A stretch of 63,549 nt of DNA, filler included, from Octopus bimaculoides (GCF_001194135.2; 7 parts of 6 records of this genome joined end to end with filler, not necessarily neighbours in it), one strand, 5' to 3'. Shown: positions 25,298 through 39,352, numbered from the whole stretch's first letter. The notes: generated from the letters alone by a model not told the origin. Numbers and translations are program-made.

Positions 25298-25397
25298 NNN
25301 NNNNNNNNNNNNNNNNNNNNNNNNNNNNNNNNNNNNNNNNNTTAATTAATTAANNNNNNNNNNNNNNNNNNNNNNNNNNNNNNNNNNNNNNNNNNNN
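25298..25397. other. Artificial scaffold linker
   Basis: 44 N + TTAATTAATTAA (25342-25353) + 44 N. Confidence 0.97.
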
Positions 25398-25842
25398 GGC
25401 CGAAAACTTTTTGCACGGCCGTTCTTGGTGGTCGTTTCGCATATTCCCCTCTCATTCAGAACCCCTACTACAAAATATAATGATTAGGTATGAAAGTGAC
25501 TACAGAAAGTATGTCAATAGCTAGCTGGAGGAGATGTCTTCCCGGGGCTACAAGCTACAGTAGCATCCACCCTAATGTGTGCACCTTTGCGTCCGTGTTT
25601 ACCCGCCCCAACCGATTGACAACCGGTTTTGGTGTGTTTACATCCCTGTAATTTAGCGGTTCGGCGTCATAGGTCGATGAAATGACTGCCAGACTTGAAA
25701 AACGAGTTACTAGCGGTTGATTCATTCGACTAAAAACTCTAGGCGGTGCTCCAGCATGGCCGCAGTCTAATGACGAAGACAAGTAAAAGAATGAAAGAAT
25801 AAAAGCGCACCATGCCTATAAACATATACGCATACCGTGCAT

Positions 25843-25873
<31 letters not shown>

Positions 25874-26259
25874 AATATACATACCATGCGTACATACATA
25901 CATACATGTGTCTACGAATATGTCTGCATGCGCTTTTGTTTGTGCTTGTGTTTGTGTTTGTGTGTGTTCTGGATGTCACAATATATGTCTAAATTAGCCA
26001 GATGGATGTACATACAAGCAGATTAGAGAATCAAGATAAATTGAGATGCCTCGCGTAGAACATATTGTAGCATGGACAATTTCACTGACAAATAGGAGAC
26101 ATGAAGCTTATCCTGTTCCAGATCTAGGACAGACGTACAGATTCCATACACAAATTCGTAGAATTTAGGTCATACAAAGGAAATGTTAATATTTGATTGG
26201 ACGCACATGCTTCTATATATGTTTTTGCATATATATGTAGGTATATATATATATGTATA

Positions 26260-26317
<58 letters not shown>

Positions 26318-26465
26318 CGTATGTACATACACAAATATATTTATCAATGCAAACATATATGTACGAGTATATGTGCATGTGTATATATTTATGCTGTATT
26401 GGCATATGTTTTTAGGGATGCATATATGTATCTATCTACCTTTACATCTATATCTTACTATATGC

Positions 26466-26537
<72 letters not shown>

Positions 26538-28569
26538 CAGTGGTGTGCAGTGAATTCCGGGGTTGGGCATGCAATGAATTTCTCCCCTACCCCGGCAATT
26601 TTTCAGTAAAGAAATGTTCGTATTCCTCCGATTTACATATGGGAGATTCTGAATATGCAATCGCCCCCGTATGACCTAGAATAAGCAGGGAATTAAAAAA
26701 TGGCTCAGTAGAGATGAGCCTGAAATAAGTGCATTGTTTGTATGTTTCTCTCTTCGAAACGTCAGTACTTTCCCATCCTCACTCTCCCTTAAAAAGTCTA
26801 AAAATCATAAGTGAAATGTAATAAAGATGAAATTAGATTCTGTTAATATTTTTGCTTATTCGGAATCTCTGTTAAAGGTAGGAATCCGAAAAAAAAAAAT
26901 TTTGACAAAAATTCGTTTTTCAAAGAGGTGCGCTTCTGCATTAGTCCCTATACCTATTGGTTGAGCCGAATCAATTTGAAATGATTTAATTAAGAGAACA
27001 CATTTAGTTACATTATATGGTCATGGTTTTAGATCGTAACGCTCTCGAAGACAAGAAAGGTGCTTTATCATGCTACTTGTCAAGCTACATACACGTATAC
27101 TTATACACATGTAATACATACATACATTCTTTAAGAGTCAATTTCTCTCTTTCTCTCCCTCTACCTCTGTCTCTCCCCTCTATCCTTGCTCCCTTTCTCT
27201 TCCTCTCCCTCTCTTAACACATAGTCAAACTCATACCCCTAATATACACATGCATATATATACATGCATATATACATGCATACATACAGATATAAATGTA
27301 TATACACGCACAAATACAGATACATATACATGCAACTATACACGCACACATATACACATACACCTATATACACATATATTCCTAATAATTTCCACACACA
27401 TATAAGCATATATACATACACACACACACACACACACCCTGATATGCATGTATATACACATGTAGATGTAAGTATGTACATATATGTGTGTATACATGTA
27501 TATATATTCTTTGTATTATATATATATATATATATATATATNNNNNNNNNNNNNNNNNNNNNNNNNNNNNNNNNNNNNNNNNNNNNNNNNNNNNNNNNNN
27601 NNNNNNNNNNNNNNNNNNNNNNNNNNNNNNNNNNNNNNNNNNNNNNNNNNNNNNNNNNNNNNNNNNNNNNNNNNNNNNNNNNNNNNNNNNNNNNNNNNNN
27701 NNNNNNNNNNNNNNNNNNNNNNNNNNNNNNNNNNNNNNNNNNNNNNNNNNNNNNNNNNNNNNNNNNNNNNNNNNNNNNNNNNNNNNNNNNNNNNNNNNNN
27801 NNNNNNNNNNNNNNNNNNNNNNNNNNNNNNNNNNNNNNNNNNNNNNNNNNNNNNNNNNNNNNNNNNNNNNNNNNNNNNNNNNNNNNNNNNNNNNNNNNNN
27901 NNNNNNNNNNNNNNNNNNNNNNNNNNNNNNNNNNATATATATATATATATATATACATATCTACATATATATTTGCTCACACACACACGCACACGCTATC
28001 CCTTAGCTAGCGTCTCATCAGACACAACCAATCACTAAAAGCTGCCCAAGACGCCATAAAACTAGCTGGATTAACAGAAAAACTCGAAGGATTAGTGTAT
28101 AATTATTATATTTAAACCTATAAAGGGATGAACATATTTCAGCCTTTTCCTTTTTCCCCTCTTTCTCCTCCCATATCCGCCTACTACATTTTTTTATATA
28201 TATTTATACGATTATTTTTTTAGTACTAGCCGCTGTTGTCATTTTTGTTTAGTTGTGAGAAAGCTGTGATTGAATATAATCTACCTTTTATTTAATTACA
28301 GGGCGAACGCATTCAATGTAATGATCTTAAGAAATTGTTTAATCAATTAAAATGGCAGCTATGATTAAAACAAAAATCAGGAGCGCCAATAGTAATTTCT
28401 GTCATGAAAGTAAAGGGAGACGATTCAGGAATTCGACGTGATTAAAAGTTGAATGAATGTGGATACAATGAAGGAGTAACTTTGATCTTTGCTAAGTACG
28501 GTGATAACATCGGACATGTTGTGGTACTATTGTTCATCCTCAGCGAAATACGTAAGGGAAACAATTCTG

Positions 28570-28860
28570 TTTACGTGACTATCTTCATCTATCGCCATGA
28601 ATGTTGGGTAATGAGCGAAAGAGGACGATCCCAAATACAACGCACTGAAAGAGGGCGCTTCTGTAGGATCTCTTGAGCAACGCTATTCAAAAGGATACGC
28701 AGCTCAGATATCAGGGAGTCTCTTTAGGTTGAGCAGCTACATTTCTACATTGAGGAGTCACGGCTTTAATACTACAGACTTGTAATTAGAGGCTAGTTAA
28801 TGCCTTGCCAAAACACCTGAGGGATCTCCATGGAGTAGGGTTAGATGTTTGCAAGAAAGA
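28570..28860 (+). mobile_element. Old RTE-like RT C-terminal remnant
   Basis: YRHECWVMSERGRSQIQ...IRSSDIRESL resembles the RTE motif YGxExW...RSSEIRE. Confidence 0.5.
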
Positions 28861-29353
28861 ACTTGAATTTCAGCTGTCCAAGATCCGAGATGATGTTTTC
28901 ACGGCAAGGCCACAGTCAAATGACTGACACCAGTAACAGAGTAAAAAATATATATACATATATACACATATGTATACGAAAAACCATATGTATCATATTT
29001 AATTATCATAGCCAAGCAATGGAAGCAACCGAATATTCCATTTTCATTTCTTATACGTGAAGAATAAGACGACTTCCAAGAGAAAAATTCAAATGCTGTT
29101 TGGATAGTTGCCAACATCATGTTAAATACCTAAAGGAAATGCGTGAAATATTAAATACAGTAGTAAGGTGAATGTTATAAATATTGATGTTTTGTATCGA
29201 TTAGTAACAGGGTAATGAAAATCTCAGGCAATAAATGGGCGTGGAGCATTCTTATTTTAAGTACCTGTTTGACCGCCATGTTGCGTGTCACATAACGAAG
29301 TTAACATCAATAGCAAAGAGATAGGGGCATCTCTCCTCAGATTGCTACGTCTA

Positions 29354-29412
<59 letters not shown>

Positions 29413-29522
29413 ATGATAATAACAATGATAATAATACAAATAATAGCAGCAACAACAACAATAATATGCATATATATATACATGTGTATAAATGTATTAT
29501 ATTTGTGCGCATATATATATGG

Positions 29523-29555
<33 letters not shown>

Positions 29556-29608
29556 GATATATATACGTATATATACATATACATGGATATATATATATAT
29601 TTATTTAT

Positions 29609-29644
<36 letters not shown>

Positions 29645-30299
29645 TAGCAGCTAGACCCGGTTTCACCCGGTCAGAGAACGACGCGAGGAGAGAAACGAAG
29701 ACATAAAAAAAAAGAAGTGGATACGAAGTGGTGTTTGGGCGACCGATCTTGGTAGAAAAAAAAAAGAATGTCATGGTGAGTTAGTAAGGAGAGCAAAGCA
29801 AGACTGCATATTTATATATGGCGCAGAAATGGGTTAAATACAAAACAAATCAACAAATGATGGAACCATTTCGCAATTGATGTTACTAATTTTATAGTCA
29901 GAGAAGAGAAAGAAGTTAATGGCTATAACGTTATGGGTAGTTTCCTTCTTCACATATTGAGAAAAAAAAGAGAGAGGAGGAAATATTTGGAGAAACTGGA
30001 AAATGAAATGAGGTGACAAAAATGAAAATATTTGTAAAAAAGGCAAGGTCAGCCAGACGAAGGAAGCCACGTGCTGTTCGGTTGCATGTTGGGAAATGAC
30101 TGACGAGAAAACGAATAGAAGACGCAGTGTGCTTTAAGGTAAGAGAGCGAATGCATGGACATATGTGTGTATGTGTTGGCGTGTGTCCGTGTTGGCGTGT
30201 GTCCGTATGTGTATAAGTGTGGGTGTCTGTGTTAGGATCATGGAGAAAAGTTTTTTGTGCATAATTCTTTCTGTATCGTGTTGTGCATGTTTTGTATTT

Positions 30300-30343
<44 letters not shown>

Positions 30344-30344
30344 A

Positions 30345-30930
30345 CCCAGAAAATAGAACAAAAACGAGCCTGGCAAAATACGTCTGGCATTTAAAGGAGA
30401 ATGAAGCCCAGCCTTTCAGCGTGACATGGACGATTTTAGGTAAAGCATCGCCTTACAGGCACGGTGCCCATAAGAGACCTTTGAAATGTGATCTTTGTTT
30501 ATTGGAAAAAATGAATATCTTGTTCCAGGATAAGAAGGCGCTAAACCAAAGACGTTAACTTTTAAACACATGTAGGCATGCGTCCAAATTTAAAATGTGT
30601 GCATGTAATATTCCATATGGGTAAAATTTTGACTATGATCGACTCCTTATAACCATTGTGCAATCTGGCTATTGGATTGGTACCGAATTATAAATGATTT
30701 ATTTAGCGTTATGAGAATTTTGTAAATACCCCTGCGTCATTTTAAGAAGACCTTCGTCTGTTATATACATAATTTTTCTTCTCCCTTGTTTTTCCTTTTT
30801 ACTTCATTCTATTCTATTTATTAAAAAAAAAAAACGCTTTGTATTCTTTTATGCATGTATTTTCGCCTGGTTTTAACCTTTATACACCCACCGGTTTATT
30901 TAAGAAGTTGGCTGCATATATACACTGATA
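30345..30930 (+). mobile_element. Penelope-like element 3' fragment (GIY-YIG C-terminus plus UTR)
   Basis: TSLAKYVWHLKE...WTILGKASPY...CDLCLLEK..I...LNQRR is the typical C-terminal PLE endonuclease motif. Confidence 0.75.
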
Positions 30931-32059
30931 TCTAATGTTTTTTTTNNNNNNNNNNNNNNNNNNNNNNNNNNNNNNNNNNNNNNNNNNNNNNNNNNNNNNN
31001 NNNNNNNNNNNNNNNNNNNNNNNNNNNNNNNNNNNNNNNNNNNNNNNNNNNNNNNNNNNNNNNNNNNNNNNNNNNNNNNNNNNNNNNNNNNNNNNNNNNN
31101 NNNNNNNNNNNNNNNNNNNNNNNNNNNNNNNNNNNNNNNNNNNNNNNNNNNNNNNNNNNNNNNNNNNNNNNNNNNNNNNNNNNNNNNNNNNNNNNNNNNN
31201 NNNNNNNNNNNNNNNNNNNNNNNNNNNNNNNNNNNNNNNNNNNNNNNNNNNNNNNNNNNNNNNNNNNNNNNNNNNNNNNNNNNNNNNNNNNNNNNNNNNN
31301 NNNNNNNNNNNNNNNNNNNNNNNNNNNNNNNNNNNNNNNNNNNNNNNNNNNNNNNNNNNNNNNNNNNNNNNNNNNNNNNNNNNNNNNNNNNNNNNNNNNN
31401 NNNNNNNNNNNNNNNNNNNNNNNNNNNNNNNNNNNNNNNNNNNNNNNNNNNNNNNNNNNNNNNNNNNNNNNNNNNNNNNNNNNNNNNNNNNNNNNNNNNN
31501 NNNNNNNNNNNNNNNNNNNNNNNNNNNNNNNNNNNNNNNNNNNNNNNNNNNNNNNNNNNNNNNNNNNNNNNNNNNNNNNNNNNNNNNNNNNNNNNNNNNN
31601 NNNNNNNNNNNNNNNNNNNNNNNNNNNNNNNNNNNNNNNNNNNNNNNNNNNNNNNNNNNNNNNNNNNNNNNNNNNNNNNNNNNNNNNNNNNNNNNNNNNN
31701 NNNNNNNNNNNNNNNNNNNNNNNNNNNNNNNNNNNNNNNNNNNNNNNNNNNNNNNNNNNNNNNNNNNNNNNNNNNNNNNNNNNNNNNNNNNNNNNNNNNN
31801 NNNNNNNNNNNNNNNNNNNNNNNNNNNNNNNNNNNNNNNNNNNNNNNNNNNNNNNNNNNNNNNNNNNNNNNNNNNNNNNNNNNNNAATAGGGTGAATCTG
31901 TATTAAATTTATTTGGTCTGTGAATTACACATCATTGACCGTTAATTGAAACGACCAATCCATGGCCCTTATTTGAAACAACCAATCAGACGAATCCATG
32001 TGTTTTAAATTTTAAATTTTATATTACTTTCGATTGCATCGTTATCCTTCCTCCATTTC

Positions 32060-32116
32060 TAACAAAACTGTCCGATGAACGGGAACGTGAAACTCAGAGT
32101 AACGGTTTTTTTGTTA
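32060..32116 (+). ncRNA. Type I hammerhead ribozyme candidate, near intact (U4C variant)
   Basis: Stem I AAAACTGT/ACGGTTTT, core CCGATGA, stem II ACG-GGAA-CGT, GAAA, stem III ACTC-A-GAGT, GUA cleavage after 32101. Confidence 0.72.
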
Positions 32117-32286
32117 TATTTCTGCTGCTTTTAAATAAAGTATATATATATATATATATATATATAAAACCTAACTGTCTGGATGTTTTGCGTTCTTGTC
32201 CCATTTTGTATTATATATATATATATGTATATATGTATATGTGTGTGTGTGTGTGTGTGTCTGTGTCTGTGTGCGTGTATGTATGC

Positions 32287-32317
<31 letters not shown>

Positions 32318-32962
32318 TATAGATAGATAAATACATACATACATACGTACATACAAATATATGTATGTATATATATATATACACATATATACATACATAT
32401 GCATGTATGTACATTTTTTTTTATTAAGTATGATTGTATATGTATGAACGCTATGCTTCCTTTTTTCCCATATTCCAAGATTTCTTCTGAATTATAATGC
32501 TACATACAAGTGTGACAAAATAATATTCTGTGAGAAAATATGCAATTATTTCATAAGACCTTTGTTCTGTGCTATCGTTTATTAAATCCGAAAACAATTT
32601 ATATGCAGAGCAAGTAGGAATTTTCTTTTCACAGATATGATACAATAACTTATAGCATCGAAAGAAAATGTGCTGAAAATTTAAAATCTTTTGACATTGA
32701 ACATTATCTCGTCTTTATTCCGGGTTGTGCTAGTTCACATGATGTCTTCTTCTTAGGTGGGAAAAACTAGTTTATTTCAACGTTTGTTATATTTAATATT
32801 TCTATTTGTTTTTGTGTAAGTTCAGAGATTCGTATTCAGTTTAGATCGCTCCTGTTTCTAGAAAGGTGCAAAACCTTGAAATTTATTGAAGTGTTTCTTG
32901 AGAGAGTCCAAGCCGGTTGCTAACAAAGTGACTAGACTCTTTCATTTAAGAGAGTTAGCGGT

Positions 32963-33025
<63 letters not shown>

Positions 33026-33136
33026 CATATTTATATACAGAAAGAGACATATACACAAACAGCAGACAAACAGACAGACATATAAACCGATAGATACACA
33101 GACAGATAGATAGATAGGTAGATAGATAGATAGATG

Positions 33137-33197
<61 letters not shown>

Positions 33198-33283
33198 ATG
33201 TGTTTTTTTGTCAATGTATGTCCTTGATCTTTTGGGGGTATGCATGTACCACTACATGCAATGGTACTCGTATATGTAATTGC

Positions 33284-33355
<72 letters not shown>

Positions 33356-33716
33356 CGTGTGCGTGTGTGTGTGTAGGCGGAGAGGGGTATGTGAATGTGC
33401 ATGGCAAGAATACCGCAATGTTTTGTTCTGTTTTGTAGTTACATTGAAGACATGTGATATGACATGATAACTCATGTTGAGTGAGATACTGAGGGGAGCA
33501 CCCCCACCATTAAAAACCGCCATCACCGTAACACCAACAAACACCACCAACAACGCCGCCACTACCAGCACTAGTTTCCAACACTAGTCACACTGTGATA
33601 TGATTGCCAGCATTAAAGGAAACATCTTATCACGGGGACAAGGAATGGGAGGGGAATGGGTGAGAGGAGATGGAGACACGAAGATATGTGAAGTTGTGAC
33701 AGCAATGAATATGGTC

Positions 33717-33760
<44 letters not shown>

Positions 33761-33776
33761 ATATATNNNNNNNNNN

Positions 33777-33812
<36 letters not shown>

Positions 33813-33942
33813 CATACACACGCATGCATACATTTACACATAATGGCACACATGCTTATATTTATTCGTTTACATGTGTATGGATGTCACGTTATATGCA
33901 TGTATATGTATATATATATGTATGTACGTATGCAACTGTCTT

Positions 33943-33974
<32 letters not shown>

Positions 33975-34140
33975 GTTGAGTGAATGTGAAAAATTTTGAG
34001 AAAATATTGGATCTGAAGGCAAGAATGAGGAGCTTTGGACACGGTGTCTTGGTTGAAGTGTGAGAATGTTGTGGTGACAAGTCAAACAGGAAACTAGGGA
34101 TATAATATGAATGCTACATACACATACACACATACATACA

Positions 34141-34175
<35 letters not shown>

Positions 34176-35049
34176 NNNNNNNNNNNNNNNNNNNNNNNNN
34201 NNNNNNNNNNNNNNNNNNNNNNNNNNNNNNNNNNNNNNNNNNNNNNNNNNNNNNNNNNNNNNNNNNNNNNNNNNNNNNNNNNNNNNNNNNNNNNNNNNNN
34301 NNNNNNNNNNNNNNNNNNNNNNNNNNNNNNNNNNNNNNNNNNNNNNNNNNNNNNNNNNNNNNNNNNNNNNNNNNNNNNNNNNNNNNNNNNNNNNNNNNNN
34401 NNNNNNNNNNNNNNNNNNNNNNNNNNNNNNNNNNNNNNNNNNNNNNNNNNNNNNNNNNNNNNNNNNNNNNNNNNNNNNNNNNNNNNNNNNNNNNNNNNNN
34501 NNNNNNNNNNNNNNNNNNNNNNNNNNNNNNNNNNNNNNNNNNNNNNNNNNNNNNNNNNNNNNNNNNNNNNNNNNNNNNNNNNNNNNNNNNNNNNNNNNNN
34601 NNNNNNNNNNNNNNNNNNNNNNNNNNNNNNNNNNNNNNNNNNNNNNNNNNNNNNNNNNNNNNNNNNNNNNNNNNNNNNNNNNNNNNNNNNNNNNNNNNNN
34701 NNNNNNNNNNNNNNNNNNNNNNNNNNNNNNNNNNNNNNNNNNNNNNNNNNNNNNNNNNNNNNNNNNNNNNNNNNNNNNNNNNNNNNNNNNNNNNNNNNNN
34801 NNNNNNNNNNNNNNNNNNNNNNNNNNNNNNNNNNNNNNNNNNNNNNNNNNNNNNNNNNNNNNNNNNNNNNNNNNNNNNNNNNNNNNNNNNNNNNNNNNNN
34901 NNNNNNNNNNNNNNNNNNNNNNNNNNNNNNNNNNNNNNNNNNNNNNNNNNNNNNNNNNNNNNNNNNNNNNNNNNNTATATATATATATACATGTGCGCAT
35001 ATCTGCGTATATATATATGTATATGTGTGTGCATATATGGATGGATGTG

Positions 35050-35091
<42 letters not shown>

Positions 35092-35580
35092 CCAGGCGTT
35101 GTGAGTGTTCAAAGGAGCCAGCCTTGTCACACTCTGTGTCACGCTGAATATCCCCGAGAACTACGTTAAGGGTACACGTGTCTGTGGAGTGCTCAGCCAC
35201 TTGCACGTTAATTTCACGAGCAGGCTGTTCCGTTGATCAGATTAACTGGAACCCTCGACGTCGTAAGGGACGGAGTGCCAACAACAACAATATATATATA
35301 TATATATCAATGTTACGAATGTGTGGATGTATGTATGTGTGTGTATGTATGTATGTATGTATGTATGTGTGTATATGTATGTGTATGTCACGCTATTGTT
35401 TCAGAAAGTCAGCGATTTATTGAACAAAGATTAATCGCTGATGCTTAGAATCACGGGGATTGGGTGGATGATCATGGGTGGAATGCCTTTAATGTGTAGG
35501 TTTGCACCGTCAGAGCAGACCTACGAGAAACTTCTAAATACGCACGTATGTATAAATATATGTAAACGTGTATATTGTGC

Positions 35581-35628
<48 letters not shown>

Positions 35629-35734
35629 GGACATATATATACACACATAAATAATATATACACACACACGTGCACACATACATTCATACACACACACACA
35701 TATATATATATATAGGGCGACAGTGTGTGACTCT

Positions 35735-35793
<59 letters not shown>

Positions 35794-36277
35794 TGAGAAC
35801 GATTGAAAGTCAGACAGACAGACAGACAGGCACGCGGGTCGATGTATGTTTTACATGTGTGTTTAAATAGTCAGATAACGATGGCATGTCTACACTACCC
35901 TAGCCGCCACACGATCTCTTCTACGCTTTATCTAAAATAAAACTGACAGCGGACATTGGACAGGTATAATTAATCCATTTTTATCATTGTCTACATCGTT
36001 TTTTTTTTGTTTTTTTTTCTCCCTTTTCACGACCGAAATAATAAAAAAAAATATCTGCATGGAAAACGAATTAATATATATTTTTGTTTCGTTTTTGTTG
36101 TTTATTTTTTACTTTTTGTTTCGGTTTTTGTATTGTTTTCTATTGTATTGTGTCCCCTTTGCCCTTGTGGCAAACCATGATATGGTTAGTGTTAATAGTC
36201 TTGTGTTCTCGGCTTGGTTTTTCTTTGTATTGTTTTGTAGGTAAGTGTATTTCTTCTCTCTCTCTCTTACTCTCTCA

Positions 36278-36321
<44 letters not shown>

Positions 36322-36589
36322 TAATAAATTATAGGGTGGCAAAGAAAATTTTAGAAATTTTATTTACCACCAGTGGCCTAGCGAGAGTAAAAACAGTCAA
36401 TAGACTATGTATTATTCATTAGAAATGCAGAGACGCCTATAATAGGACATCTACTCGCTAGAAATAGCAGCAAAAATACTACATACCACAAAAGTTAGGG
36501 ATAATTTCGAAAGGAAATGAAAAATAAAAACTTTTACCAATCTATATTCTGTACCATGGTTTCAAGTCAATTTTAGTAAGATAAAGATT

Positions 36590-36689
36590 NNNNNNNNNNN
36601 NNNNNNNNNNNNNNNNNNNNNNNNNNNNNNNNNTTAATTAATTAANNNNNNNNNNNNNNNNNNNNNNNNNNNNNNNNNNNNNNNNNNNN
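36590..36689. other. Artificial scaffold linker
   Basis: 44 N + TTAATTAATTAA + 44 N. Confidence 0.97.
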
Positions 36690-36786
36690 GGAATACAAAA
36701 AATGGGACAAGAACGCAAAACATCCAGACAGTTGGATGATACAAAAAAGGGACAAGATAAAACAAGGACGGGTCATTCGGGGATTT

Positions 36787-36856
36787 CTTTCCTCAGTCGA
36801 GTTCCAGATTATCTTTGCAATTTCGGCTGGTTATACTTGAGATTGCTCCAATCTGG
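36787..36856 (-). ncRNA. Permuted-order hammerhead candidate P2
   Basis: CCAGATT/AATCTGG; GCAAT/ATTGC in register with GAAA; AUC site; TC[A]AGT/ACTCGA directly before CTGAGGA; stem II at most one G-C pair. Confidence 0.45.
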
Positions 36857-37388
36857 CCAGCCCCAAGGAAAAAACTAAGTTAAGAGCACTAGATTCCTGG
36901 AAGAAAGCAGCGAATGTATACGAAAACAAGGACGAAAAAAAAAACAGAGAAATGGTACACAAATACAAATTCAAATAACAGGACATTAACAACAGGTGTC
37001 TTTTGACTAAGGACGAATTAAATTAAGCTGGCGTGTGTGGAAGTGAAGCCTTACAGCAGGGACATAAGATATGACAGGCATGGGGAGGAATATAGATGTT
37101 GCACGGATGGTAGTCGAACCAAGTAAGAAAGGTCAGACTTAGCCGAACACCGGTCGCGTGGAGAGAGAGGAGAGAGGTAGAGGCAAAGGGGTAGAAGAAT
37201 TAGGGAGGGACGAGAAGAAAAGAAAAGAGATAAAGTGAAGTGAAAGAGGAGGGAAGGTGAGAATGATGAGCAAGCCAGGAAATGTGAGAGAGGGGGAGCG
37301 AAAGAAAGAAGAGTGGAAAGAACGAAGTAAATGTGACGGGGCTGATAGAAAGAAAGAAAGAATGAAATAAGAGAGTCGTACAAAATTT

Positions 37389-37419
<31 letters not shown>

Positions 37420-37599
37420 CTTACACAGAGACCAAAGTGTATACATGTGTGTATTTCTTTGCGTCATTGTTTGTCCCTCACCAATGCTTGAAGACCGGTG
37501 ATGGTTTGTTCACGTCCCTGTAACATAGCGGTTCAGCAAAAGAATTCGATAAAATAAGTACCAGCCTTTAGAATAATATGTACTAGCAAAAACTACGAC

Positions 37600-37870
37600 A
37601 GCCTGTTTTCCACATTTTCCTTGTGAGTTGCAAGCGTCGAAGCAAATTGAAAAAAGGATGGTCAACACATAATGTAAAATTGATAACGAAACTCAAAGCA
37701 ATCCCAAAAAGCTATACCAAGATGGTCGTCTCAGTGCAGCTATTAGTTACAGGGTTGAGACTTAACCCCTTAGAACGAGGGCAGGAAAGATATGTTGTAG
37801 TATACATCTGGAAAATCTTGGAAAAAATTTTCCCAAACTTTTCTTTTGAAAGTTACACTAACACCAAAAC
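37600..37870 (+). mobile_element. CR1-like RT C-terminal fragment
   Basis: WSTHNVKLITKLKAIPKSYTK...LERGQERYVVVYIWKIL. Confidence 0.7.
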
Positions 37871-38378
37871 ATATATATATACATATATACATATATATAT
37901 AATACATACATACATCATTCATTCATTCATACATACATACATACATACATACATAAATACATACATACATACATACATACATACATACATACATACATAC
38001 ATACATACATACATACATACATACTACCGAACCCATGAAAAGATTGCAAAAGGATTAGAGTCTGTTAGCAGGAATGATATTTAAACTATTGAATACACAG
38101 GTAAAAGCTAATCGGTACAATTATGTAACTCTGGAGTATTGGAGGCTCAAATCTTACTTTTTAATATAATTCTTATCTCTGCTGTTTCATAAAACCAATA
38201 AAAGAGTTTTCATATATAAAACTATTTCGGGACTTCACCGAATTCACGCTTATCCAAAATTAATGAACAGCAACATACAGATTAAACGTTACAGAACTAT
38301 GACATGCTCACATAAGATTATCATTTCTTATCTTTCTATCAACAGGTTTGTCTAATCCGTCTGCCTATATATATATAT

Positions 38379-38425
<47 letters not shown>

Positions 38426-38558
38426 NNNNNNNNNNTTAGATTCCTTAAGGCTCGTTCTCACAGTTTATATTTATATCATAAGGTTTTTAAACTTTTAAAT
38501 TTTCATATTCAAAAGAGACAGAGACTTCAAATTCGATATATCGATTTATTCACCACTC

Positions 38559-38593
<35 letters not shown>

Positions 38594-39101
38594 TTACATT
38601 TATATTTATATTTATATTTATATATATATATATAGGTGAGAGAGTTGGTATGTGAAAGCATGTGGTTGGATGTATAAAAGACAAAATAGATATTGTGTCA
38701 TCTCTTCGCTATATGGCGAAGAGATGACACATTGGCAAAAATGAGTAACGCTGCGATGGACTGGCGTCCCGTCCAGCTGGGGAACACATACGCCATTGGA
38801 ACCGGGAAACCGGGCCCATGTGCCTGGCTAGGCTTTAAAAGGGCACATTTATTTATTTATTTTATANNNNNNNNNNNNNNNNNNNNNNNNNNNNNNNNNN
38901 NNNNNNNNNNNNNNNNNNNNNNNNNNNNNNNNNNNNNNNNNNNNNNNNNNNNNNNNNNNNNNNNNNNNNNNNNNNNNNNNNNNNNNNNNNNNNNNNNNNN
39001 NNNNNNNNNNNNNNNNNNNNNNNNNNNNNNNNNNNNNNNNNNNNNNNNNNNNNNNNNNNNNNNNNNNNNNNNNNNNNNNNNNNNNNNNNNNNNNNNNNNN
39101 N

Positions 39102-39352
39102 ATCGGTTGTCAAGCGATGTTGGGTGGACAAACACAGACACACAAACATATACACACACATATATATATATATATATATACATATATACGACGGGCTTCT
39201 TTCAGTTTTCCGTCTACCAAATCCACTCACGAGGCTTTGGTCGGCCCGAGACTATAGTAGAAGACACTCGCCCAAGGTGCCACGCAGTGGGAATGAACCC
39301 AGAACCATGTGGTTGGTAAGCAAGCTACTTACCACACAGCTACTCCTGCGCC
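39102..39352 (-). mobile_element. CORE-like SINE family B (octopus OR-like)
   Basis: Head gctgtgtggtaag, core gcaccttgggcgagtgtcttctactatag; CpG-rich copy. Confidence 0.8.

Noticed and set aside
25342-25353. Recurrent palindrome TTAATTAATTAA as a biological motif or CRISPR-like repeat
   Set aside because: Always centred in exactly 44+44 N; an assembly linker.
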